A stretch of 64,000 nt of DNA from a candidate division WOR-3 bacterium. Its GTDB lineage: Bacteria > Hydrothermota > Tepidihabitantia > Tepidihabitantales > Tepidihabitantaceae. Made by a program: the position numbers and the translations under genes. Location of the stretch: the NCBI GenBank assembly GCA_965649225.1, contig CBFGJX010000003.1, forward strand, positions 112,603-176,602. Direction: 5' to 3'. The notes under the pieces are model-generated. The model saw nothing but the letters and a program-made list of their open reading frames with translations. It was not told the origin of the DNA and ran no database searches. Below, in pieces: positions 1 through 7,914 of the stretch (position 1 is the first letter of the stretch; each line of letters begins with the position of its first letter).

Positions 1-428
1 CGACCGGCATCAGCCCGGCGGTCCTCAAACCACCGCCGCAGCACGCTCTCGATCCCCTTCCGGGTATCCAGTCCCGGCTGACTTCCCGACTGCGGTGCGG
101 TCAGGTTTGCCACGATGCCCTTATAAACCAGCTCCAGCCGGTCAAACGGACATTCAGTCGGATTCAGGCTGACGTAGGCAACACAGTAACCGTGACGGAA
201 CGCCAGATCCCGGACGACATAAAGAAAGTGCGTCTTGCCGCCGCCGTAGTTGCCGGTTACCAGTTTAAAACTCGAAAGATTGAATTTAAGAATGCCATTG
301 AGGTACTCTTCCTCCAGCGGTCGGATGTAGCTGTCCAGTCCAACCGTGAAACTTTCGATACCGAACTCGGGCGGGGTGCCGGTCGAACCGAGCTTGGTGA
401 TTACTGCCTTGGCGAGCTGCCGATCCAT
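1..428 (-). CDS. P-loop NTPase, 3' end truncated by window edge; N-terminal 142 aa with Walker A GNYGGGKTHFLYVV; ORC/archaeal-ATPase-like or BrxD(DUF2791)-like, family not assignable
   Basis: Reverse-strand translation of 428..1 gives MDRQLAKAVITKLGSTGTPPEFGIESFTVGLDSYIRPLEEEYLNGILKFNLSSFKLVTGNYGGGKTHFLYVVRDLAFRHGYCVAYVSL... A GGAGG Shine-Dalgarno sits between the stop of the upstream gene (441..439) and tandem ATGATG (431..426). This ORF is below the ORF-track length cut because it runs off the window. Confidence 0.6.
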   Translation of the reverse strand, partial: MDRQLAKAVITKLGSTGTPPEFGIESFTVGLDSYIRPLEEEYLNGILKFNLSSFKLVTGNYGGGKTHFLYVVRDLAFRHGYCVAYVSLNPTECPFDRLELVYKGIVANLTAPQSGSQPGLDTRKGIESVLRRWFEDRRADAG

Positions 429-438
429 CATCCCCTCC

Positions 439-1287
439 TCAGTCCCTGCCGGCGAAGGACAGGTAAGAGTAGTAGGTCCCTTCGCCATCCTCGTTGTCCG
501 GCACCCAGATTGCGCGTGACTTCTCTGTCGTTGCATCAAAATTGGCCACATGCAGCTTCAGCACCCATCCGGCATGTTCAAACTGCCCGGATTCTTTCAG
601 TCGAAACAAGTCATAGGAAAATCGCACGCGCGGATACTCGACGAATTTCTGCTGAACCGGATCAACCCGGAATGCCGGCGGCTGCATCAGCATCACCAGC
701 TCCGCAAGAATGTCGGTCAGAAACACTCTGGTGCCCGGCGGCAGGTTGCCCAACAGCAACTGACGCTGATATGCGCGGTGCAGCAGCTCGATCATTCTCG
801 CTGGCGGCACCGCCTTCTCGGCCAGTCGTTCCTGCCAGGTCTGCAACATTGCCACCAGCGCACCCGGGTCGAGGCTCAACCCTGTTTTCAGTCGCTCAAC
901 CCGTGGTCCCCAGAAGATGCTTGCCTTGCCCGCCGCAAAATCAACCTCCAGTCCGAACAGCCCGACCCGCAACTGCGGCAACTGGCCCTTCACCGTCATA
1001 CCAGTTCCCTCGAGCGCTGCGCTCAGACTCCGGCCAAACTGGTAGCGGAGCTCATCCTTCTGTACCGCCACCGCATTCTGCTCGGTTGCCAGCCACACTT
1101 TCAGTTCCTCTTTCATGGTGGTGTCGGCAAAACCTTCCGCCGCCTGCGCCAGCCGCGCCAACGCGGTCTCTCGGACAAATGCGTTTTTCTGCGGTTCGGC
1201 GAGCAGGGACTGGTATTCTTCAAGACCGCGGGCAAGTTTCGTTGCTGCCGCTCCAAGCGCCTTCAACCGGGCAACTAGTCCTTCCAT
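439..1287 (-). CDS. hypothetical 282-aa protein with coiled-coil-like N-terminus; first gene of a coupled pair with the downstream P-loop NTPase
   Basis: ORF track; ATG at 1287..1285 preceded by GAGG; stop TGA at 441..439 lies 7 nt before the NTPase start; no catalytic motif recognised. Confidence 0.55.
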   Translation of the reverse strand: MEGLVARLKALGAAATKLARGLEEYQSLLAEPQKNAFVRETALARLAQAAEGFADTTMKEELKVWLATEQNAVAVQKDELRYQFGRSLSAALEGTGMTVKGQLPQLRVGLFGLEVDFAAGKASIFWGPRVERLKTGLSLDPGALVAMLQTWQERLAEKAVPPARMIELLHRAYQRQLLLGNLPPGTRVFLTDILAELVMLMQPPAFRVDPVQQKFVEYPRVRFSYDLFRLKESGQFEHAGWVLKLHVANFDATTEKSRAIWVPDNEDGEGTYYSYLSFAGRD

Positions 1288-1295
1288 AACCCCTC

Positions 1296-1323
1296 AGTAT
1301 AACTCTGAGCTGACCGGGGTCAA
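1296..1323 (-). promoter_or_regulatory. putative sigma70-like promoter TTGACC-16-TATACT ending 9 nt upstream of the ATG at 1287 (near-leaderless)
   Basis: Minus-strand reading: cgattgaccCCGGTCAGCTCAGAGTtatactGAGGGGTTatg. Confidence 0.35.
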
Positions 1324-1444
1324 TCGGCGTCCGGTTCTGCTGTCATTGTTCTCCGCCCTCCATCGCGGGCATGGTCGTTGCCGGTCAGTGCCGTCGCTCA
1401 CACCGTTCGATCCATTCAAACCTGACCCGGCTGCCGGCGGCCGC

Positions 1445-1473
1445 TTGACACACCTCTGGGCCGAACCCACAAT
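1445..1473 (+). promoter_or_regulatory. putative promoter TTGACA-17-CACAAT upstream of the BNR-protein gene
   Basis: Perfect -35 hexamer at 1445-1450; weak -10; gene has strong RBS gtAAGGAGGcaacATG at 1540. Confidence 0.3.
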
Positions 1474-1539
1474 TTTCCCGGGACAAACGCAGGACAACGA
1501 GTCACTGGCTCGCTCATGCTCTCACCGTAAGGAGGCAAC

Positions 1540-3138
1540 ATGATCGCCAGACTGCTGCTGAACCTGCTGACAACAGGCGGATTGCTGACTACTGATTACA
1601 TCGGCCGGGTGGACACCATCGGCGGCACGGTCTACGACTGGCAGCTGGGCGGACCCCAGTACCGGTTTCTTGTCTGTTCCGAGCCGTACGGGCTGCACGC
1701 TGCCTGGCTGTATTCCTCAAACCCGAACAACTATCCCGACCGCAACGAGCGTTACAACTTCTATGACTTCGCGACTCGGCGGTGGAACTGGATTGACTCC
1801 AACTTCATGCAGTCGGGCATGGGCGTGTTCGGGGCACGGTCCGGCTTCGGCACTTTGGGCGCCGACCCTGTCTCGGGCGGGGCCGTGCTCTCCACGCATC
1901 AGGGTATCATTTACCCGGCCGTTGCCCGTGACGTCGCGCCCGGGGCCGGGATATTCGATTACTGCACCGGCCAGCCGCAGCTGGAGGGATACCTGGGGCC
2001 GGTGCTGGCCGTCAGCGGAACAGGCACGCTGCACCTGGCGCTGCTGGACGACTCGACGCGCGACCGGCTCTACTACTCACGCGCCGCCACCTGGTGCAAC
2101 TGGGACCCGCCCGTCGCGCTTCCTCCGCCGCTGCCTGCCCCGATGTTTCCGTGCCACAACATCGCGGCGTCGCGCTACGGCACCAGGGTCGCCGTTACTT
2201 GGGTATTCTCCGATGAAGCCGGGCCGGTCAACCCGGGGTTCTACCGCGAATCACCCGATGATGGCGTGACTTGGGGCCCGCCCGAGGAACTGCCGATTCC
2301 TAACCCGTACGGGCCGGACACGATCGCTTCGTTTCACATCAGTTCGCTGTATCCGTACTACGACTCGGACAACAACCTTCACATCGTGGCGAGCGTGAGG
2401 CCGATCGTGCGCGATACAGCCTACGTGCTGCCTGCGGCAGTCTACCACTGGTGCTCGGCCAACACCCCACGCTGGAACATCGTGCACCGCACTGATTGCG
2501 ACAGCCTCGCTGGCAGTATCGGCTACAACGCGCTGTACGCGACCCGACCGAGCATCGGCCAGGACGGCCGCGGCCGACTGTTCATTGCGTGGGAGCAGTT
2601 CCACCCGCGGAATGTCGAGCCGCGAACCGGCCAGTTGCGCGCCGGCGTTTGGATGGCGGCCTCCACCGATCGGGGACTGACCTGGACCCCCGGCCTCTGC
2701 ATTACCGACTCAAACACGGTTTCGCACCGGTTCCCGTCGATGGTCGACGTGGTGATGCCCGGCGATACCGTGGCAGTGCATTACCTGATGGACCTCGAAG
2801 CCGGATTCGTGGTACAGGGCCAGGGCCGGCATACCGAGAACCCGGTTGTGGTGCAGTTCGTGCACGCAGAACTGCTGGGTGTGAAGGCTGACGAACAGAC
2901 TCAGGCGGCCGGAACGAGGCTCGGGCCGACTATCGTTTGCGGAACGCTGCGGACAGAACGGCAGTCCGAAGGCACCCTGCGGCCAGAGCTCGTGAATGCA
3001 ACCGGGCGAAGGGTAATGAAACTCAAGGCCGGCGAGAACGACTTGACCCGGCTTGCGCCCGGCGTCTACTTTCTGATGGAATCAGGACCGGTCACCGGGG
3101 CCCGCAAGACGAACCGGAAAATAATCATCGCGCGCTAG
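1540..3138 (+). CDS. secreted BNR/Asp-box repeat (sialidase/glycosyl-hydrolase-like) protein with T9SS C-terminal sorting domain
   Basis: Asp-box motifs SPDDGVTWGPP and ASTDRGLTWTPG; N-terminal hydrophobic signal MIARLLLNLLTTGGLL; C-terminal ...LAPGVYFLMESGPVTGARKTNRKIIIAR. Confidence 0.8.
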   Translation: MIARLLLNLLTTGGLLTTDYIGRVDTIGGTVYDWQLGGPQYRFLVCSEPYGLHAAWLYSSNPNNYPDRNERYNFYDFATRRWNWIDSNFMQSGMGVFGARSGFGTLGADPVSGGAVLSTHQGIIYPAVARDVAPGAGIFDYCTGQPQLEGYLGPVLAVSGTGTLHLALLDDSTRDRLYYSRAATWCNWDPPVALPPPLPAPMFPCHNIAASRYGTRVAVTWVFSDEAGPVNPGFYRESPDDGVTWGPPEELPIPNPYGPDTIASFHISSLYPYYDSDNNLHIVASVRPIVRDTAYVLPAAVYHWCSANTPRWNIVHRTDCDSLAGSIGYNALYATRPSIGQDGRGRLFIAWEQFHPRNVEPRTGQLRAGVWMAASTDRGLTWTPGLCITDSNTVSHRFPSMVDVVMPGDTVAVHYLMDLEAGFVVQGQGRHTENPVVVQFVHAELLGVKADEQTQAAGTRLGPTIVCGTLRTERQSEGTLRPELVNATGRRVMKLKAGENDLTRLAPGVYFLMESGPVTGARKTNRKIIIAR

Positions 3139-3168
3139 CACGACTGTCACAGCTGCACCTGCCGGCGG

Positions 3169-3783
3169 TCAACCGCCCGATCCAGACTTGCTATGCGACG
3201 AACGGGCGCGAGAAAACTCACAACCGCAGTAGTGCTGACGGTAGATTCCCATTTCCCGGGAAACAACCACACTCTGCTGTTGTCCGCCCTGCTTTTTCCA
3301 GTCTCCCTCGAGAAAATGCAGACCGTATCGCGCACAGGAGGCCCGCCCGATTGAGTTTATCACCTCGGCTCGCTTGTTGCGGCCAACCGTCAGCGTCGAT
3401 GCCACAACACTGCAGCCATTGGCAATCGCCGCCGCCGCTGCCGACTCGAGTCGCAACCGAAAACAGGTCAGACAACGTGACCCGCCCTCGGGTTCAGCTT
3501 CCTGCCCGGATACGGCAGCCAGAAATCGCCCGTGGTCGTAGGGAGCGACATCCAGCTGCAGATGCCACAACGCACTCAGCTGCTCGGCCGCCAGCAGCCG
3601 CCGGCTGTACTCGTCTTCCGGCCAGATATTGGGATTGTCAAACCAGCCAACGATATCATAGCCATCACGCAGCCGCAGCAGCACCGCAGTCGCACAGGGG
3701 GCACAGCAGATGTGCAGCAGCAGTTTCGGCCGCAGACTGTCGGCGGCAGCTCCGGTGTCAGCTCGAGCCATCGGTATCGACAT
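3169..3783 (-). CDS. queH: epoxyqueuosine reductase QueH (DUF208 family)
   Basis: Motifs KLLLHICCAPCAT, RCLTCFRLRLE, YRQHYCGCEFS; start moved to ATG at 3783 (MSIPMARAD...) which has SD GAGGGG 6 nt upstream; the ORF-track start at 3843 lacks an RBS. Confidence 0.85.
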   Translation of the reverse strand: MSIPMARADTGAAADSLRPKLLLHICCAPCATAVLLRLRDGYDIVGWFDNPNIWPEDEYSRRLLAAEQLSALWHLQLDVAPYDHGRFLAAVSGQEAEPEGGSRCLTCFRLRLESAAAAAIANGCSVVASTLTVGRNKRAEVINSIGRASCARYGLHFLEGDWKKQGGQQQSVVVSREMGIYRQHYCGCEFSRARSSHSKSGSGG

Positions 3784-3825
3784 TATCCGCCCCTCACTGC
3801 CGGTCAAGCGGATTGATTCTGTGAA

Positions 3826-4599
3826 TTGACTGCTGTGCTCCAACCGCTAGTCTTGACCGTGCCGCTCGTCCATGACCGAGAAAGACTCCGTGGCTGGCTC
3901 CAGTCGCTGGGCGCCCGCACGGCGTCGGTTCGAAACCTGGTGTTTGGCACTGCCGGCCTGCGCGCACGCTGGGTACGGGTTGACCATCTGGAACGACCCC
4001 GGGCAATCGTCTGCCGTGGCCGCAGATTCTGTCTTTGGGCCCGGGACTCAGCCCACGCCCAAGCCCTGCTGGGTGAAATACCAAACCACTTCCGGCCCCA
4101 GTTCGGCGCCACTCCCACCCGGCTGCTGGCTGCCTGCCGAGCACGTTTTTCTGACCGAAACCAGGCCCGGTTCTGGCATGAACCTTGCTGGCTTTACGAA
4201 TTTGCTGGCAAGATACCGGCCCGGCCAGCCGTCAAGGTCGGCGTGCTCCGTCAAGCTGATGCTGCAACCGTTGCCCGGTTCTGGCCCCACGGTCGTCGGC
4301 CCGAATATATTCGCTCTCGTATTGCCGCTTGGCCGTCAGCAGCCATTCGTCGCCAGGGCCAGCTGGTAGCGTGGGGTCTGACTCATGACGACGGCTCGAT
4401 GGGATTTCTCCACGTCCGTGAAGAATGGCGCGGCCTGGGGCTGGCTCGCGCAATCACCACCGCCCTTGTACGCCGCCTGCTGCGCCTGGGCATCCGACCT
4501 CATCTGTATATCGTGCGCAACAATCTTCCCTCAATTGAGCTGAGCGAAAGCATGGGCTTTCGCCGTGTTGAATCCTATTCCTGGTTTGGTTGGGGCTAA
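3826..4599 (+). CDS. putative GNAT-family N-acetyltransferase (C-terminal acetyl-CoA-binding motif); start uncertain (TTG in track)
   Basis: C-terminal RGLGLARAITTALVRRLLRLGIRPHLYIV resembles GNAT motif A (R/Q-x-x-G-x-G/A); no clear RBS; 4-nt convergent overlap with the next gene. Confidence 0.45.
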   Translation: MTAVLQPLVLTVPLVHDRERLRGWLQSLGARTASVRNLVFGTAGLRARWVRVDHLERPRAIVCRGRRFCLWARDSAHAQALLGEIPNHFRPQFGATPTRLLAACRARFSDRNQARFWHEPCWLYEFAGKIPARPAVKVGVLRQADAATVARFWPHGRRPEYIRSRIAAWPSAAIRRQGQLVAWGLTHDDGSMGFLHVREEWRGLGLARAITTALVRRLLRLGIRPHLYIVRNNLPSIELSESMGFRRVESYSWFGWG

Positions 4600-5795
4600 C
4601 GCAATCCTGACGCGGCCAGCTCTCTCAATGCTTTCAGCTCATTGACAATCTGACCCGCCTCGTTGACGCTGGTCGCCAGCAGCAGTACCGCACCTTTGTG
4701 TTCTTTACGCTGTGCCCGGCGCAACGAACCAAGGAAATCCTCGATCTCGTTAGCCGGCGTATCGAGCCAGCCGCCCAGCAGGTCACTGCGAACGACCACA
4801 ATCACCTCGTCCCGCCCCGGAGTCGGCCAGCGGTCAGCCTGTACCGAGACGACGATGGCAGCCTCAGCGGTACCGGACTCGAGACTACCCGGCACATAGT
4901 AGCCGAAACCACGCCGCACCAGACCAAGCACGTCGAGCTCGGTGAGCCTGTCGAGTATCTCCTTCTGTCGTTCGCTCCAGTCGCCGTTCGGAAACGGCTC
5001 ACCGCGCTTGATCTGACTGGTGGTGGCTCCACCAAAAGCCGTCGCCGAAACATGCTCCTCCACGAACCGACGCTGCGCCGGTGCCGCCGGCTCCACCGGC
5101 CGGTCGGAAATTTGCCCGGACTTGGGTTGAACCGGTGCCGGCCCCGTCGGCTTGGCTGGCGAGGCAGCGGCCGGTTGCCGAACCGCCAGCAGACGCGGCC
5201 GGACGACCTCGTTGCCACCGAAGCGCCAACAATCCCAGGAGCACAGGCGAACCTCAAGATTCATGTTTACCAGAAAGGCAACCGCCTCTTTGACTATCGG
5301 ATCTTCCTTCTCGACGAAAAGAACCACCGGGAACCGCCCGCCGAGCAGAGAGTTTTCGGTGCCCTTTCTGAAAGCATCGGCCGACCAGTCGGGGCCCACC
5401 CGACGGCTGATCCAGTCAACCAGACTCATGCCGAGGAATCGCTCGAACGGGTCGGCAAGTCGCTCGTACGACTGCCGCCAGAGCCAACCATTGGCCGCCA
5501 GCACCTCGCTGACCAGCGTGTTCATCGGAGTTGCGGCATCAGGGCACGCCACAACCATCACTCCGCCGGTCTCGGTCACCGCCAACAACACATGGCCGGA
5601 TTCGGCCTGCGGGGCCGGTGCCGCAGCGCGCGGCAGCGGCTCACCGGCAAGAAACAACCCGAGAAACTCCGGTGCCTCAATGACAAGCCGGACAGTGTCC
5701 AGCTCTCGCGACGCGCCCGAACCCGAAAACTCACGCCAGTTGTCGCCCGAATGAGCCACGCGCAGACAGAATGGTGCGAAACCCTGTTTCATCAC
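4596..5795 (-). CDS. hypothetical protein, paralog of upstream gene, with Pro/Ala-rich linker and extra C-terminal domain
   Basis: Shares two blocks with the 5792..6886 product. Block 1: GHVLLAVTETGGVMVVACPD...WLWRQSYERLADPF versus GFWTAVDENGNVIIVAIAGDG...RLWRMSVEEYTKHF. Block 2: FRKGTENSLLGGRFPVVLFVEKED...LEVRLCSWDCWRFGGNEVVRP versus FRSGLEQSLARGHFAVRLVAPDEND...LDVVGLVPEHYECCGVEVVVARP. ATGA overlap with the upstream gene. Confidence 0.6.
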   Translation of the reverse strand: MMKQGFAPFCLRVAHSGDNWREFSGSGASRELDTVRLVIEAPEFLGLFLAGEPLPRAAAPAPQAESGHVLLAVTETGGVMVVACPDAATPMNTLVSEVLAANGWLWRQSYERLADPFERFLGMSLVDWISRRVGPDWSADAFRKGTENSLLGGRFPVVLFVEKEDPIVKEAVAFLVNMNLEVRLCSWDCWRFGGNEVVRPRLLAVRQPAAASPAKPTGPAPVQPKSGQISDRPVEPAAPAQRRFVEEHVSATAFGGATTSQIKRGEPFPNGDWSERQKEILDRLTELDVLGLVRRGFGYYVPGSLESGTAEAAIVVSVQADRWPTPGRDEVIVVVRSDLLGGWLDTPANEIEDFLGSLRRAQRKEHKGAVLLLATSVNEAGQIVNELKALRELAASGLR

Positions 5796-6886
5796 CGCTT
5801 GCTGCCGAGACCGCCCCAGCCGGACTTGGGTGGACGCTTGTTGGACATGATTCCCGGCAAAGTGCCGGGCCCGGGACCCTTGCCTTGTTCCGGTGGCGGT
5901 GAAACCGGCCTGGTAGAAAGTGGCGAACGTGTCGCCGACTGTGGACCACTGCCGCCGGCCGGTTCGCTCACCGGCGGCTCATCCAACCCGCCCAGCTTCG
6001 GCCAGTTCCGCTCGATTTTGCCTTCCTTGGCATCGTCGGAACCACCCGGTGCCGACCCGGTTCCAAAGCTTGCCTGACGGGGCTCGGTTGCCAGTGTCGG
6101 TGGACGCTGAGATTGCCAGCCTCCTGCCGGACCCGTGCTGGCTGCGGGCTTGACACCAGCCTCTGTCGGCTGCGGTATTGGCTTCGCCGCCGGTTTTGGC
6201 CGCTCAATCGGCACTGCCCTAGGCTCAGGATGCACAATGACCGGTCGAGCAACAACAACCTCGACTCCGCAGCACTCGTAATGCTCCGGTACCAGGCCGA
6301 CTACATCCAGACCCAGCATCGCCAGATGTCCGATTGCCTGCCGGCATTCGTCATTCTCGTCCGGTGCTACCAATCGCACTGCAAAGTGCCCGCGAGCCAG
6401 ACTCTGCTCCAGTCCGGACCGGAACTTGTCACCGCTCTTGGCCGCCGGAAGAACAGCTGCGGCAATCTCCCACAAAGGCAAACCGCCGACACTGGCAAAA
6501 TGTTTGGTGTACTCTTCAACCGACATCCGCCACAATCTTCCCAGCAGAACCATTGTCTCACGAACAAGTTCAGTCCAGTCTTGGCGCGAACCGTCGCCGG
6601 CGATGGCGACGATAATCACGTTACCGTTCTCGTCAACCGCCGTCCAGAATCCGGCCTGAGCGGCTCTCCCTGACGACAAGGGCGCCAGTGCGACAATCCG
6701 CGGTCCGCTCGGCAGATGGAAATTGAGAAACTGAGGGGTATCACGCAGCAGTGCCGGAAGGTCCAAAACCCCCTCGGCAGGCACCGGCAGCACGACATTC
6801 CAAGTCCCGGCATCACCGCCGCTCACGCGGAAGGAAAAATGCTCAGCCGGGCCGACGGCTGACTGCGTGTCCGACTCGGATGCCAC
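5792..6886 (-). CDS. hypothetical protein (paralog family, no signal peptide), long Pro/Gly-rich C-terminal tail; GTG start
   Basis: ORF track; start codon plus-strand cac at 6884-6886 = GTG; sits immediately after a consensus promoter. Confidence 0.6.
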   Translation of the reverse strand: MASESDTQSAVGPAEHFSFRVSGGDAGTWNVVLPVPAEGVLDLPALLRDTPQFLNFHLPSGPRIVALAPLSSGRAAQAGFWTAVDENGNVIIVAIAGDGSRQDWTELVRETMVLLGRLWRMSVEEYTKHFASVGGLPLWEIAAAVLPAAKSGDKFRSGLEQSLARGHFAVRLVAPDENDECRQAIGHLAMLGLDVVGLVPEHYECCGVEVVVARPVIVHPEPRAVPIERPKPAAKPIPQPTEAGVKPAASTGPAGGWQSQRPPTLATEPRQASFGTGSAPGGSDDAKEGKIERNWPKLGGLDEPPVSEPAGGSGPQSATRSPLSTRPVSPPPEQGKGPGPGTLPGIMSNKRPPKSGWGGLGSKR

Positions 6887-6891
6887 GCTAA

Positions 6892-6920
6892 ATTATAGCG
6901 GGCAATCTTGTAACTGTCAA
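6892..6920 (-). promoter_or_regulatory. perfect consensus sigma70 promoter TTGACA-17-TATAAT; -10 ends 5 nt before the GTG at 6886
   Basis: Minus strand: aaacaTTGACAgttacaagattgcccgcTATAATttagcGTGgcatcc. Confidence 0.6.
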
Positions 6921-6934
6921 TGTTTCAGAAGCTT

Positions 6935-6962
6935 GGCGGCGGCAGTCGATCCTGCCGCCGCC
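6935..6962 (-). terminator. GC-rich hairpin GGCGGCGGCAG-tcgatc-CTGCCGCCGCC immediately downstream of the porB stop
   Basis: Perfect 11-bp stem, 6-nt loop, 16 nt after the stop at 6979; no U-tract. Confidence 0.55.
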
Positions 6963-6978
6963 GGTAGCTTGTTGACTA

Positions 6979-7911
6979 TTAGGCGCTGAAGGCAGCCTGA
7001 CGCCGATGCAGCAGCTCCCACTGGCGATCAACCTGTCGCTGCAGTTCTGCTATCACCGCCTTGCCTTCATCGCCCTTGAACAGGTGGCTGAACCGCCCCT
7101 GCGGCCGCAAGAACTCCTCAATCGGTTTCTTCTCTTTGGGCTCGTAGTTAATCCGGTATCCGCCGTTCTCGTACTCGTAGATTGGCCAGAAACAGGTGTC
7201 GGCCGCCAGTTTTGACACCTCAATGGTCTGGCTGCCCGGATGACCCCAGCCCAGTGGACACGGCACCAGCACGTTGAGGAACGCCGGCCCGTCCGCAGCC
7301 AGCGCCTTCTGGACCTTGGTGACGAGGTCGTTCCACAGCGCCACGGTCGTCTGGGCGGCGTAGGCAGCGTTATGGGCGATCATTATCTCGACGATATCCT
7401 TGCGGTGTACGAGCTTCCCCGGCACTACCTTGCCGGCAGGCGAGGTCGTCGTGTGCGCGCCATAGGGCGTGGCCGACGACCGCTGGATACCGGTATTCAT
7501 ATAGCCCTCGTTGTCGGTGCAAACGTAAAGAAACTTGTGCCGACGCTCGAATGCGCCCGACAGAGCCTGGAAGCCGATGTCGTAGGTACCACCGTCACCA
7601 CCGAAGGCGATAAACTTGACGTCTTCCGTCATTCGGCCGGTCTTCTTCTTGAACCGATAGGCAGCCTCGACACCCGAAGCGGTGGAAGCCGCTGTCTCAA
7701 ACGCAGTGTGGATCATCGGTATCTGCCATGCGCTGTGCGGGTAGATTGACGAGAAAATCTCGGTGCAGCCGGTTGGCATTATTCCCACCACCGGTTGCGG
7801 CGCGGCCAGCAGAACCTGTCTTACCGCCAGTGCTTCGCCACAGCCGGCGCAGGCGCGATGACCGCTCGAAAACAATTCGGGATTCTGACAGAGGTCCTTG
7901 AGTCTTGCCAT
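6979..7911 (-). CDS. porB: pyruvate:ferredoxin (2-oxoacid) oxidoreductase, beta subunit (TPP-binding)
   Basis: CAGCGEALAVRQVL, FGGDGGTYDIGFQAL, VCTDNEGYMNTGIQRS motifs; last gene of the por cluster. Confidence 0.9.
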   Translation of the reverse strand: MARLKDLCQNPELFSSGHRACAGCGEALAVRQVLLAAPQPVVGIMPTGCTEIFSSIYPHSAWQIPMIHTAFETAASTASGVEAAYRFKKKTGRMTEDVKFIAFGGDGGTYDIGFQALSGAFERRHKFLYVCTDNEGYMNTGIQRSSATPYGAHTTTSPAGKVVPGKLVHRKDIVEIMIAHNAAYAAQTTVALWNDLVTKVQKALAADGPAFLNVLVPCPLGWGHPGSQTIEVSKLAADTCFWPIYEYENGGYRINYEPKEKKPIEEFLRPQGRFSHLFKGDEGKAVIAELQRQVDRQWELLHRRQAAFSA

Positions 7912-7914
7912 TGC

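Noticed and set aside
192-1289. 365-aa plus-strand ORF (and the 242-aa ORF 550..1278) antisense to the coiled-coil gene
   Set aside because: Arg/Pro/Ala-rich translation typical of GC-rich antisense frames, with no RBS and no motifs. The minus-strand gene has a proper SD, promoter and downstream coupling.
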